DNA of 64,000 bases from Haplodiscus bocki (Eukaryota). Within the stretch, counting starts at the first letter, position 1; each line of letters begins with the position of its first letter. The stretch lies in NCBI GenBank assembly GCA_965655095.1, contig OZ296650.1, positions 74,648,001 to 74,712,000 on the forward strand. Reading direction: 5' to 3'. The notes under the pieces were generated by a model. It saw nothing but the letters and a program-made list of their open reading frames with translations, was not told the DNA's origin and searched no databases. This document shows positions 25,873 through 39,450 of this stretch, piece by piece. The position numbers and the translations under genes are program-made.

Positions 25873-26098
25873 TTGGAAAAAGGTTGGTGTTTGACTTATC
25901 TGAGGCATTTTTTTTTGGTTTTTGCCAATACGAAAAATAAGTATGGGGGTGTCGGGAAAAAAATTTATGTTTAGTGGTCGATTTTTGGATTTTTCTTCTC
26001 GGTTTTTGCCTGTGCGAATTTTTTCGTCGGTACTGCTATATGCTATCTGGGAGGTTTTTTAGTACGTTCTACAACTTTAGGGGACGCCAGCAGTCAAG
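25873..26098 (+). repeat. Interspersed repeat segment, copy 1 (second copy at 29604-29828)
   Basis: Shared blocks TGAGGCATTT, GAAAAATAAGTATGGGGGTGTC, GGTACTGCTATATGCTATCTGGGAGGTTTTTT, TACGTTCTACAACTTTA. Confidence 0.85.
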
Positions 26099-26099
26099 A

Positions 26100-29000
26100 G
26101 CTCGCTTCAACAGCTGATCAAACTCGAAGAAATAGAAAAACTGAAACGCCAAATCATGAAAGAACATCAACAACAAATTAAAGGCTCACGACATGATGAA
26201 CATTTGAAAATGCTACTTGAATGTGAGCTCATTGAGAGCTATAACAGGCGAGACAATGGTAGAATAATTGGCCTGAAGGGAAAGACTAAAACTGATAACA
26301 AGAACCGAATCAAACATGAATCTCTGGACGAACCAATTGATAAATTTGTAAAACTCTCCAAGAAACATGAAAAAGTTCTATCATTGCTTTGTCTCAACGC
26401 ACGTTCTTTGAATAAACATCTACATGACCTTGAAGCACTAGTATTTTGCCTTGAGTCTCCGCCTCTCGTACTCCATCTTACCAAAATATGGCTCAAAAAA
26501 TGATAATGGTCGAAATCGCGCAGCCGGATACATGGAACTCGAAGTTAGCAAAAGATGAAATCGCTATGGAGGTGCTATGATCCAACTGCGAAAAAATAAC
26601 AACACTATACAGACATATGGAAGCCCGTTTGAGGAGAGCATATTTGTTCTAATCGATGACTTCAGGTTCCTGTTTAGACTGCCTTGCAATTTTATTCCGC
26701 CTCGAAACATAAAATTTGACTTTGTTCATGTTTTAGGTCAATTTCTGGAGAAAAAAACGTCAAAAAAATTCCCACCATAATATGCGGCGTTATTACTAAA
26801 GACGTTAGACCAAATAACCCCTTGATGTTCAAATATCCTACTGCTAAAGAGGCAAATGGCTTCAAGATGGTATCAAATGAAGCTACAAGAATGACGCATA
26901 TTGAACCAACTTTTATAGGTCACGTTATAACCCAACTTTTGGAAACTAATGTTAATGTTCTCAAACAGCAAAGTGTTTTCGACCATGAAGTTCTTTTAGT
27001 TACGTGGAATGCACGCACACCTGAAACTATTTTTACTTCCTATAAAGAATTTTTTCAAAGAGGATCAATATAATTAAACGGTACGCGCAACTGCTTTCAC
27101 AGAGCTATCCGAAGCAAGTGAGGAAATAAAAAATAGTGATTGCGTTACCTTGAATAATTTGATTGATTCCAACACTGATTTCTGAATTTAACTCATGACT
27201 TCGTCCATTGGAGAGAATTAATTCGAACTTCCAACTTACCGAAATGGTGTAATCATCGAATCGAAAATTGATCCAGTAAGAGAAACGTATTTCATAGGCA
27301 ATGGAAAAATAACCAGTCTAACGGAGCATTCCTTCAATACTTCAAGCACATTAGACGGAGAACAGAAACTGAAATTCAGAAAATCAACAAATATACTGTT
27401 TAAACAAACTTGAGAAGTCTATGGGAAACTCGAAGCATTTTCATATATTGCCTAATTAAATCAAAAGTCAAAAACGAACGAGCACTCAAATACGTATGCT
27501 AAAATCCTGCAAATCACATTTCGAAAACCCTACTATGAAAGATATTGCTAACCAGCTAAACGAATATTTCAATGATATCGGCAATTCGGTTTCACAGGAT
27601 TTGCCGAACGTAAATCTTATTTTGCAAGATATAGTGAATCGTAGCATGCTCCTAGAGAGAAAAAACTGTAGCGAAGTTTGTTAGATACTTGAATCTCTTG
27701 AAAAAAAATGGTCTGGTGGCGATGAATTACAAAAAGTTATAGTCAAGTGGACGCGTAATGTCACTGTTCCTTATGTAAGTGACCTTATCGATCAACCTTT
27801 TTCTTAGAAACTTTTTCCAGATATCCTCAGAAAGCTAAGATAAATCCTGCTGATAGAAGGTGCTTTGAAACAGACGAGGACCATTACCGGCCAATATCAC
27901 TGCTTAATGTTTGGAGTGAATATTTTGAAAGGGTGATGCACAACACACTTTAATCATAATTTTAAAAAATTGGGCTTCATCGTGACAAACAAATTGGTTT
28001 TAGGAAAAAACACTCTACTGTTGAGGCTATCGTTGAATTGACGGAACGAATACGCGAACAAAATACCAGAATTGGCAGGATTTTTTTTTCTTAATTTGCG
28101 GAAAGAATTTGATTTTATTGATCACTCTTCACTAATAAAAAAATTTTAAGTCCTACAGGTTGCATATTAACTGCTATAATTGGTTAGCGAGTTACCTATC
28201 TGATAGACAACAATGAGTCCAGCTGGTTGATGGCTCCTCAGATTGGACGATGATATCTCGTGGTGTTTCTCAGGGTTCAATCTTAGGGCCGCTTCTCTTT
28301 TCAATAAATAGAAAATACCTACCCAAAGTTTCAAAATACACTGAATTGTTTTTGTTCGCTGATGATACAAATGTAACTGCTCACAATCAAACAACTGAAA
28401 AGATAGCATTTGAATTAGGAGAAATCTTCAATTGGCTTATTGCGAATAAACTGGTGGCAAAGATAAGTAAAACTTTTGAGATTTCATTAGGTTCCAGTTC
28501 TTCGAGTTCTGTACAACACCCCTAATCCATTATTAACTCGATCATTAGTGCTACTACCAACTTTATGTAACTAGGAACAACAATTGATTTTAGGCTCTTT
28601 TTTCAGTCGCATTTTGTTTGATTTCTGGAGAGACTCGGAAAACAGAGTGGAATTATATGTACGCTAAGGCAATTTGTTCCAAGAAAACATTCGAAAGACT
28701 ATTACAAATTCAACATAAACCGTGTTAGCCAGTAGGATGTCCTGGTGTATGGATGTAGTAGTAGAACAAAATTGAATCCCATATTTACCTTGCAAAAGGA
28801 AACATTTCAAAAGATTTTTTACAGGACAAAACGTGACCACTTCTAAGACTTATTTGTTTTTAATGAAGTCCTAACTCTGAACGAATTCTATGTTTATGAA
28901 CTGCGTAACTTCGTACTGCGGTCTTTGACAAAAAGCCATGAAAAAGCTTTTCTAGTTGAACTTTTTTTGTTTTGAAACTTCAAACCAAACCACCCGTGGA

Positions 29001-29220
29001 TCTGCTCAAAATTTATTCAAAGTTCTTTTGCCAAAATCCAAAGAAATCAACCATTCCATTAGATACAGATGATCTGTACTGTTACAATGCAACGAGAACT
29101 GTTTCAATTTTACCCGAAGATGTAAGCGTTTCGAAGCTTCAACAAATTCAAGTTTTCTACCACAGGCTAAAAACAAGCTTTGTCCGGAATAATATTGAAC
29201 TGGTCGATTTTGTTTTTCAA
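26100..29220 (+). mobile_element. Degenerate CR1/L2-group LINE ORF2 (AP endonuclease + RT)
   Basis: LCLNARSL..LEALV...LTKIWL (APE start, ~26390), YRPISLLNVWS (~27890), QIGFRKKHSTVEAIVELTERIR (~27990), GVSQGSILGPLLF and LFADDT (28260-28370). Confidence 0.9.
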
Positions 29221-29515
29221 TAGGTACCGTATTTTTTTGAATACCTTTAAAAATTTTCGTCGCCACCTACTTCCTAGGTACTCAAAAAAAGCATCAGAAT
29301 GTCGAAATTCGAAATAGTTAGCAGTGTGGAAATTAGCACTTAAAAAATTCGTTCGATATTAGGAGATATCACTTGAGTTTGTGTACTCAAAGTAATGATG
29401 TTTTTGCCAGCGCTGGTTGAAAAGTAGATCGAAAGATCTTGATACCAGTCCTCTCCGAGTCTTTGCACTATATAAACACTCTTAAAATTAATAATACTAT
29501 ACTTGGAGAAATTAA

Positions 29516-29522
29516 CTCTCTC

Positions 29523-29601
<79 letters not shown>

Positions 29602-29603
29602 CT
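29516..29603 (+). repeat. (CT)n/(CTTT)n microsatellite
   Basis: Directly visible. Confidence 0.97.
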
Positions 29604-29828
29604 TGAAAAGGGTTAGCGGTTGATTTCTCTGAGGCATTTGTTTTGGTTTTTGCCAATGCGAAAAATAAGTATGGGGGTGTCAGGAAAAAACTTCATGTTT
29701 AGTAGTCGATTTTTTCATCATTTTTTTCGGTATTTGCCTTTGCGAATTTTTTTTGGTTGGTACTGCTATATGCTATCTGGGAGGTTTTTTGGTACGTTCT
29801 ACAACTTTAAGGGACGTCAGCAGGCAAG
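29604..29828 (+). repeat. Interspersed repeat segment, copy 2
   Basis: Diverged direct copy of 25873-26098. Confidence 0.85.
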
Positions 29829-31923
29829 CCATAAAAATTCGGTTACGAAGACACGTCGCACATAATGTGAGTTCTTCCGTCAAAAAAACTAGGTTGAGTC
29901 ATGGTCGGTCGGGCGTGCCATTAAAACTAAAGCGCAGACTTAAAAAGTAAAGTTGAATTGTTCACTTCCGAAAACATTTCGAACTTATGTAAAACTAATT
30001 GATATGGGGTCCAGCTCTATTTGAATGACCGATGGAATTTAAAGTGCTTCCAGCATTTGAAAGCCAAGAAAAATAAATCAATGTCATTTCTTGTTCTAAC
30101 ATTTAATATTTACCATTTTTCTTCTGCAAATTCAAGAGTTTTTATTGCATTTGACAAATCGATCCAAAAGTTGCCAACTCATTTTGAGAAACAATTTCGT
30201 AAGAACGGAACTGATTTTTATCCATACCAGAAGACTCATCAGACCAAAAGTCGAAACAACGCCAACAACTATACGAAGGGGGCGAAATTTGAAAACACCA
30301 AAGGGTACTGCGGACTCACGATTTTTTTTATTACGAGGCTAAAGTTGGGACAATCTTTCTTGGAAGTACCTCAGATATTTGCAAACTATAAATTTACAAA
30401 AGACCAGAAGTCTCGTTACGAGTATTTCGATCCAATTTGTGCCGCAGTTGGGCTTATAATTTTCCAACTACTTTTTGAAGTAGGCGTGAAACGCTTTCTT
30501 AAAACCATAGCTGTCATCTTTGTTTAACCTCATCCTTGATTTTGAAATTAATGTCTTTAGTCGAATCCAGCAGAAAATTATTCCGCATAATTAACTGAAA
30601 ACTATTTGCCGATATGAAGAAGCTGTTCTCGTGCAATTTCGAAAATCAGTTGGTATTAAACTCAATTTTCCTAGCAACCTGAAAAGTGACAATTTTGTCA
30701 AATCAGAGTTGAAAAGCGATCACTAAGTGTCCCAGTGTATAGCCTTATTTTTTTCAACAATTTATAGACGTGGAGCAAAATCCTGGGAATCATTGAAAAA
30801 TAAGACTTAGCAAGAGGCTATATTGATTTTTTTGGACACAACCAATTAGCTTGAGATTAGTATGATGCCACCTTTTCTGTAATTTATATTTTCTGGGAGA
30901 CAATGGAGGCAACAATTGGTTACATTAGATCGTTTTGAATCAAAATTATTTTTTTCGAATGAGTGGTTATTGAGTAACACTGTTTTGAAAACCAAATAAC
31001 GTCTTTCAATATTGTACATTTCTGCACGCTCAGACTCTTTTTCTGAACATTAATGCGACACATTAAAAGCTGATTACAGTTTGCATCTTCTTGCATTTAA
31101 GACACTAAGAAATCCAGAACTGCTGCTTTAGATTGTGTGGAAAAGTAGCTGCTAAAAGTTGAAGCTTTATTTTTACTTATTGTTTTTCGTTATAGAAACT
31201 ATTGTATTGGTTACATGTCAAAATCTCCTAAGTCAAAATCTCCTATGCCAAAATCTCCTAAAATATTTTTATGCCAAGACGCATGAACCTAATTAAGTTA
31301 ATTAATAAACTAACCGAAACTAATTAAGAAAATGGTTTAGAGAGCTTTTCTATATTATTGCAAGTTGCATCTCTAAAATGTTCATCTTTGGAAGTCAAAA
31401 TCTAAAAAACCACAACTTTATCAAAAAATTTGAACAATCAAAAAGTTCTCAAGTTCTTTTTCCGGTAAAGAAAACTTTCCGATAAGTTTTACAAATTGCT
31501 TACGAATGAATAGTCCCATGAACAGCTGGCAAAAATTGTGGTTATCAAGTTTTCTTTTAAATTTCATGAATTTTATTTCGCGATTTGACTTCCAAAATGT
31601 TTATATGAAACCCAATTGGCCCAATTTTTCAAATTTTTGAACTCAAAAAAATGCAAATAATAAATATTTTCGCAAAAAATTTTGCATAAATAAAAAACGA
31701 ATACTATCGCAAAAACTTGTGCATATACAAAAAACAAATATGAAAACAAAAAATTTTGTGATACCCCTTTGCTTATTTATGGAACAAGATGTGGAAATTT
31801 TTTTCGTATTTCAATCATAATTTTTAGAAACGCCAACACAACCTATTTTAATGAGCATAAGTTAATTGTATTTGCGAGGGTATTCTGAAAGTTTTTTTTG
31901 CCCAAAATAACCAATGCCATAAT

Positions 31924-33106
31924 GGTGTCAGGTCAAAATCTCCTAAGTTAAAATCTCCTAAGTCATAATCTCTTATGCCAAAATCTCCTAAGTCAAAATC
32001 TCCTATGTCAAAATCTCCTAAATCAAACTCTCCTAAATTACTGAATGAAGTTATCGGCTTAAGAAATTAAATAATTGAGCTTAAAGCTGAAGTAATTTAG
32101 GTTAATTACTTCTAAATAATAAATTAGGACTACCATTATATGTCACATTGAATATTATGGCATTGGTTATTTTGGCATTGGGTATTTTGGCATTGGGTAT
32201 TTTGGCATTGGGTATTTTGGCATTGGGTATTTTGGCATTGGGTATTATGTCCTGACACCCATTTCTTGATATTTTTATCATTTCAAAAACACTTCTGTAC
32301 TCGGGCTGGGGTTTTTTCAGTACCAGGGATTCCGCAAAAATACTTTCAGAATACCCTCCAAAATACACTTACGTTATGTTCATTAGAGTAGGTTGCGTTT
32401 GCATTTCTGAAAATTATGGCTGAAATACGAAAAAAATTTCCACATCTTGTTCCATAAATAAGCAAAGGGGTATCACAAAATTTTTTGTTTTCATATTTGT
32501 TTTTTGTATATGCACAAGTTTTTGCGCTAGTATTCGTTTTTTATTTATGCAATTTTTTTTGCGAAAATATTTATTATTTGCATTTTTTTGAGTTCAAAAA
32601 TTTGAAAAATTGGGCCAATTGGGTTTCATATAAACATTTTGGAAGTCAAATCGCGAAATAAAATTCATGAAATTTAAAAGAAAACTTGATAACCACAATT
32701 TTTGCCAGCTGTTCATGGGACCATTCGTAAGCAATTTGTAAAACTTATCGGAAAGTTTTCTTTACCGGAAAAAGAATTTGAGAACTTTTCGATGGTTCAA
32801 TTTTTTTGAAAAAAATGTTTTTTTTTTCAGATTTTGACTTCCAAAGATGAACATTTTAGAGATGCAACCTGCAATAATATAGAAAAGCTCTGATGGCAAA
32901 TTATCGGTGTAATTTCTAAACCATTTTCTTAATTAGTTGCGATTAGCTTAATAATTAACTTAATTAGGTTCATACGTCTTGGCATAAAAATAATTTAGGA
33001 GATTTTGGCATAGGAGATTTTGGCATAGGAGATTTTGAGTTAGGAGATTTTGACCTAGGAGATTATGACTTAGAGATTTTGACTTAGGAGATTTTGAAAT
33101 GTAACC
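31924..33106. mobile_element. Second copy of the same element (E2, 1183 bp) inserted in inverted orientation into E1
   Basis: Ends GGTGTCAGGTCAAAATCTCC... and ...GAGATTTTGAAATGTAACC. 8-bp TSD GCCATAAT at 31916-31923 and 33107-33114. 32334-33106 is the reverse complement of 31209-31900, and 31924-32141 of 34391-34578. Confidence 0.85.
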
Positions 33107-33134
33107 GCCATAATACCCAATATGACATATAATG

Positions 33135-34389
33135 GGTGTCAGGACAATTCATCCTTCGCCATTTCAACCGCTGCAATTTCAACCGTTCACACATTCAACC
33201 GCGTGCCATTTGAACCGCGTGCAATTTCAACCGCGAGCCATTTCAACCGCGAGCCATTTCGACCGCCGCAACTTCAACCGCTTTCATTATCTAGTAATCA
33301 ATTAATTACAGTAACTAAGTGTAATAAAGATTAATCCTTTTTAAACGTAATAATTGAAATAAGGTTTGAATATAAAAGCGTCGGAGTTACCGGATTCAGC
33401 AATTAACGCACCAATAATAGGAAATTAACACAGTTTGCACCTAATCGTAATCGAAATTGTGTAAAAATGTTGAGCCTTTCAGTATTCCCGTAGCAGCACC
33501 TATCAGACGTTCCAAAATGCAAGTTCAAATTATAGAATCAAACCGAAGCGGAAAAATTGCACTTCATGACGGCCACTCATACAACCAGAAACAATCAACT
33601 ATTAACTGTATCCACTGGCGTTGCACAAAAAATTATAAGCTTAAATGTCCCGCAATCTTAAAAACTAAAAACGAAACTGTCACCGAAACAAAAGGTTTCC
33701 ATAATCACGAATGCGAACCCGGCGAATGTAAAGCCAAAGAAGTTGTGAACCAAATTAAAAGAATAGCCCGATATTCAACACCAACTGTGGCAATTGCCAA
33801 TGAAATGTACGAGGTTTCGGATGATTATGCAGTTCAGCTAGCAATGCCGAGAAAAGACAACCTGTTGCGAGCAGTCTCTCGAAAACGACAAAAAGCGATA
33901 TGTCTTCAAATACCTGCCCCAACTGATCGACATTTTGACGTCCCTAATGAGTTCGCTCCCTTCCTCCTACAAGGAATGATTGAATTGCTGAGTGAAAAAA
34001 CGAACCCAAACCCTGGCAAAATACTGGCAGACTTCGAAAATAAATCAAAGTCCCTTCAAGTTTGTTGTCCTAGTGAGATGCTAATTGCATCTGATTTCTT
34101 CCTAATGATGTTCAGAAACATCATTTTCAAGTTTGGTACATATGGTAGTTTGTCCAATATGACCTTTGGAAGTTACGTAACACTGTCTTATTGATGACGT
34201 TTAATTGATTCTATAATTACTTTACTTATTTTCGAACGTCTTGAAAAAATTGCATAATCTTGAATTTAATTAAATAGGTCGATTTTGTGGCGGTTGAATT
34301 TGCAAGTGGTCGAAAAGGCAAATGGTTGAAAGCGTGAACGGTTGAAATTGCAGCGGTTGAAATGGCGTAGGACGAAATGACATGTAGCC
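33135..34389 (+). mobile_element. Internally deleted Mutator/MULE element (D) with FLYWCH transposase fragment
   Basis: TIRs carry TTCAACCG(C) repeats. 9-bp TSD CATATAATG at 33126-33134 and 34390-34398. Confidence 0.9.
33517..34194 (+). pseudogene. FLYWCH zinc finger + truncated MULE transposase
   Basis: LHDGHSY...IHWRCTK..KLKCPAILKT.......GFHNH is a FLYWCH finger. PGKILADFE is the second MULE catalytic Asp motif. The first DGTF block and the C-terminus are deleted. Confidence 0.85.
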
Positions 34390-34849
34390 CATATAATGGT
34401 AGTCCTGATTTAATATTTAGAAGTAATTAACCTAAATTACTTCAGCTTTAAGCTCAATTATTTAATTTCTTAAGCCGATAACTTCATTCAGTATTTTAGG
34501 AGATTTTGACTCAGGAGATTCTGACATAGGAGATTTTGACTTGGGAGATTTTGGCAAAGGAGATTTTGACCTGACACCATTGTATTAACCTAACTATTGT
34601 AGCAAAATTTGCATTCAAAGAGCAGATGAAAGGAGCTGCAAAACTTCGAGCTCTAGTCCGTGAACAAATTGCCTTTAGCAACAGATTCAACTCAGTATAT
34701 AGGGTGGTTGTTAGGAATACAAAAAATTCATCATTATTAATGCAGAAAGAGCCTTAATAAGTTAATATTCCCGTAGAGAAGAAACATTAAGTTACCTTCA
34801 GGGACTCAGATATGTACAGAGAAGAATTTGTTATGATGTTGAACATGTC

Positions 34850-37260
34850 ACTTAGTCGGTCAGAGTCCTTATGTTTTTGGGATAAGCTTGAGAGTCGTTA
34901 GCCAATTAAAACACTAAAGAACAGAGTTTTCAACAGATCTTTCTCGCAGTAAAGTCCTTCAGTGGTTTAATGAAAGGAGTCCTCATTGCACCTATTTGGT
35001 GTTTTGAAGACACGTGGTTCCAGCAAACTGCAATCAGTTAAATGGCGACTCGTTTCTTATTTGATTGATACCATTCTAATGAGCTCGATCGTTTTTAAAA
35101 CTTCACGAACTGTTAAGAATTGACTTGCACTATCTTGACGACTTTTGAGAAAAAAGTTGATCGCAAATTTCGCCATTTGCTCGGTTCAATTTTCTCTACA
35201 TTGTTTTTGCAGCATTTCTGTACACTAATAAACCATATCAGATTACAGATATGGTGTATTCATTTTAAAGCAAAAAAGCAAAGTCTTTTTGTAGAATACA
35301 AGCAACTCACTTTGTACAAGAGGCCGCAAACTTTCATCAACGATGCTGCTTTAGAAGATATATGTTCGGGGAAAAATAACTTGCTGTCTAAATAGACACG
35401 AACGAAGATGATGTTAATTACGGTTATTACGTCCGAATTGCCGCTGAAAATTATAACGATTATCACTTTGTTGGATCTGTTCCTCATTTATGAGATAATC
35501 AAATTGACTTTTGATTGATGTCTCTTTTGACCGTGAGTTGATTACGGTATTCTGTTTCAATCAAAGACCTATCATTTGCAAAAAAAGACCATTTCATTGT
35601 TCTGCTTAACATGAATGGGCAAATCAGTGACGTTTTTCATGAACAAAAAGGACCCGGTACCGATGTTAGAGGTACAACTGTGATTATTTTGATTGATCAT
35701 GTCAGTAGTTAGTCCCTTCTTACCAACATTTCACCATCGCTCTGAACAGTAGTCTCGTTTTATTTCAATCACATGACCTCTCAAAACATGGTTGAAAATC
35801 CATGCTAAAGCAGTTTGATTTTTTCAGGAATAGAATGCTTTTTTAACCATCGAAGAAGACCTGACTTGTCATATTGTGGTCAATTACGTTTTTCAAAAAA
35901 TCACTCATTTTGATAATTCCATGGAGGCTTGAATGTTTGACTCGATAATCATTTTTTTTCGTGAGGAAACTTTTGTTCCAACTAATTTAGGAGTTCATTC
36001 ATTTGAAAAACAGTTTTTCGTATACCTTGGTTAGAAATGACGGCTAAGTTATCGGTTTGTTTTTTTCAACAGGAGGTGGGGCTCCTTTTGATAAAGCGCT
36101 AAAGCCTCAATAATTTTTGAACACATGGGAAGTCCTGTTTTGCATTGACCTTTGCCGATACTAAAAATGATTGAATTAATAGTGAGCACTATTTAGAAAG
36201 TCATTTCTGATACATCATGACTACAATTTTTCCTTTTTAAGTTTTTTTAAAAAACTTCAGCAATTTCTTACTCAGCCACGGTGGCTAAAATTATACCGCT
36301 TGATGCATGTTACATTGGAAATTTTGATTTTTTTGCCAGAATTTGGAAGCTTATGTCGGCCTCATTAACGTGAAGTAATCGCTTAGTTTGTTGAAGTTAG
36401 GTGGCGTTGGTTATTGCTTACCTCTGTTAGTATATCCTTCTGTTGTTATATAAAATGATTTGATACAAGGATTGGTTTTTAGTTTCAGTTGATTAACCTC
36501 TCGTTTCCACAATCATACTAATGATGCAAAAAGACTTCTTTGATTTCGATAATTGACTTCGATTGATTCAGTTGGATTTTTAATCCATTCAAGACAGTTT
36601 AGTTCAATTTGCTTTCACTTCTGACGGTTATTTATCCAGTTGACTGAATTGGTCATGGATTTGACCTTTGGCTGTTGTGCAAATCTATCTACAGTATCAA
36701 TGATTGCTTTTGACTGGAACAGATTTTCCGATTATTGCGAAGTTAACAGTTCTTTAACGTTTGATCTAATATGAGCAGAACATTTAGCGCTCTGGCAACT
36801 TTTTAAAATTTAGTCTTTCAGAATAGTTTTGTCGGATAATTTTTGGGTCTGTTAGGTAGGAGATTTATTTCAGCCAACATCAAAGACTGGTCGCTAATGG
36901 CTGCTTTCATGGTTCTGGTTTGAACGGGGTAGCTATTTATCAAATTATGCTAGCATGTTGCCGAAGTAATTGTAAGTTTTGTAGGTTCAATCTTTTCTTG
37001 CTCGAAATTAAAGGAACAAGGGAGATTTTCCTTTTCTGATTTCAATTGTAATCCCGATTGCAGTAGATATTGATTGAAATCACCAAAAACAATGGTATTC
37101 GTTTGAAGCTCGTGAGAACCAAACAGTTTTTCAAGGGCTAAAAAAACTTCTTCAGTGAATTCGATCGCGATTTTCATGTCACACAGGGGTTTGGGGTTGT
37201 CAGAGACAATATAGCTGATTCAATTTGTGAATCAAATTCAATGATTGTGTACGGATGTTT
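34850..37260 (-). mobile_element. Degenerate CR1/L2-group LINE ORF2
   Basis: IVFGDFN and PTKLTITSATC (APE, 36950-37177), VPLTSVPGPF (GVPQGSVLGP-like, ~35660), FAND (FADD-like, ~35580), VYLDSKLFFPEHI (35260-35487). Confidence 0.85.
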
Positions 37261-38599
37261 TTCTCCGATGCAGAAAGCTACAACCCCCTTCTATCGTTTT
37301 TTGGACTTTGAACAAAAAATTTTCAGCAGGTTTGCACAGCTGCTTTCTCCGCGTCTCTAAGAACATTATGGGTTTAGACGAAATCGTAAGTATGTTCCTT
37401 CCAAATTGGCAAAGTCTGTAGAAAATTAAGTTTACATACTGAAGGAAAGATTTTCCTCGCGTAACATTTTACGACAGAAGAAAAACAAGAAGCGCAGGTG
37501 TTTTTCGATTTTGGTTCTCGGTGAGGCGCCGACGTTTTGAAGATACTTCAAATGGTTTTGACCAATGGACCCACTACTTTGGACGGAACGCAGCTTCGAA
37601 GGAACAAAAACACGAATTACAGTTTTTGGTCATTTCAGGTTATCGGGCTCTCAACTCTCAACACAAGTTTAATCAACTAGGTTGGTTTCACAAGCAACTA
37701 CCATTAGAGATCTGGATGGAGAAAACCCAACACAATAGCTGTGTTGAAAAATGGAACTGGATATGGCTGGTTATCATGACTAACTACATTTTTAGCATTG
37801 TGAACCCATTAAAAAATCGGTGTGAGGCTGACGGTTTCATTGTCATTTCTGTTTTGGATTCTGTTGAATGAGATCTTGATCGAAAAAACCAAGCCGTAAT
37901 TTTGAGTTGAAAAAGATTTTGATTAAATGAAAGTATCAATAGCAATTGCACTTCATGGTTTCTTCGCTGAAGCGGAATTCAAATGCCAGACAAAAACCTT
38001 GAAAATGCTCCAAATAGTCAAAAATTTTTGATTGGGCGTTTCATAGATGTACTCCAGCCGGTAATATTGGCATACTTTTAGCTTGAAAATGAAAAAAAAC
38101 GGCACTATAAAGAAATTGTGGCATATGTGTCCTATCAAAATTGAGAACTGAGAGCCAATATGTCTGACGGTTTAATATAAAGTGCTTCTACAAGTAGCAA
38201 ACTGATGGTTGGGAACTCGATGGATGTAATACAGCTAGTAGTTAGGGCGATAGTTGGGAATGACTAACAACGGTAATCAATGGAAGTGGAAGTTTGTGGA
38301 ATTTTGGGCCTTTCAAATCACAGATGCAAGACTAGAAATGGTAAAAACTTCATTGCAGAAACTCTGACAAGTGATTAATGGCTGACTGGCCTTCTGTGGA
38401 ATGAACTGGGCCGGCATTTAAGGCAACAGTTGAGCTTGATTTTCGCTGAAAGGCACAATTAACATCACTCGTCGGCACTTTGGGCTTTTTATGGTTCAGA
38501 CTCAAGAATTCACTGGGTGATGATTCACATAGAAATGCTTCAGTAATTACATAAGTTTTAATTGGGACATCCATTGATGTAACTTAGGCCAAAAAGGAG

Positions 38600-39450
38600 T
38601 TTGAATGACGCAGAAAAATTAGAGCTAATGGCAGTTTTTGCCATTATGGAACTTTTAAAATGCCGATTAAAAACAGAAACACGATAGGGAATTTCAGAGA
38701 ATTTTCAGAGAATTTCAAAAAGTAAAAAATTGCTATCCTTTACGGTCCTCAATTGCTAAACTCCAGCCTTCAGTTTTGGCAGAAATTGATGTTTGAAACA
38801 CCCTAAATACTAATTCTAATGTCAAATTTGCCTAATTTTGGTCAATCAGGTTTCTATTGGAAGACCACAGTTTGGTGATGGTGTTATTCAAAAAGCCTCT
38901 ACAAGGAGGAAAATGTTGATTGGAATAGGTTGATATAATCTAGCTGGTGATTCGATCAATCCAAAATTTGCAGACTTCTTTGCAGTTTTTGCCACTTTGG
39001 GCTTTCTCGATTCCAATGCATGAAACAAAAATGGTCAATGCTAATCTCAAAATGCTTTTCAACAAGAACATGACTGATTAAGGCCGTGATGGCTGTAATC
39101 CAGCCGGTAGTTACGGCGGAATTTGATTTCGAATATAGCGGGAAATCAAAACTTATGAAAAATTTCGGCTTTTTAGGCTGAGGAAACTCTGATGAATTGA
39201 TCAAAATCATAGAACATCTTGTTTGTTTCGTTTTCACGTCGGAGGGTGTCCCTTGAGGTCTTGTCGGAAAAAATCGTATAGTTGGTTTTGGAGAAATGGG
39301 TGTTTCAAAATCTATTACCGCTATGACTAATCTCACTTTTAACTTTGTCGAGCCTATCATTTTTCCAGCGCATTCTTCAAATCTGGCAGTCTCGTGTTGA
39401 ATTTCTTCTTATAAAGAAGAACAATATATGGCGGAGCTGCTGGACAAAAT
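38600..39450 (+). pseudogene. HECT-like E3 ligase domain relic
   Basis: NTIGNFREFS (~38680, D.GG..REFF-like). IIEHLVCFVFTSEGVP*GLVGKNRIVGF...ITAMTNLTFNFVEP resembles the C-lobe L.FVTG...VP..G....I.V.F.....P.A.TC...L.LP. Confidence 0.4.

Larger units (their letters stand above)
31209..34578. mobile_element. Outer non-autonomous Mutator-like element (E1), interrupted by two insertions
   Basis: Ends GGTTACATGTCAAAATCTCC... and ...GGAGATTTTGACCTGACACC, with 15-bp TCAAAATCTCCTAAG subterminal repeats. 8-bp TSD ATTGTATT at 31201-31208 and 34579-34586. Confidence 0.85.

Noticed and set aside
29468-29656. ORF with ER repeats
   Set aside because: Translation of the (CT)n microsatellite.
25873-29828. 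~225-bp direct repeats as LTRs or TSD of the enclosed LINE
   Set aside because: The copies are clearly diverged, lack TG..CA ends, and are far too long for a TSD. Better explained as two fragments of an interspersed repeat.
32102-32368. ORF with IPNAK repeats
   Set aside because: Translation of 15-bp transposon subterminal repeats.
31209-33106. Single foldback element with 700-bp TIRs
   Set aside because: Its flanks do not match. The TSD pairs show instead an inverted self-insertion inside a larger element.
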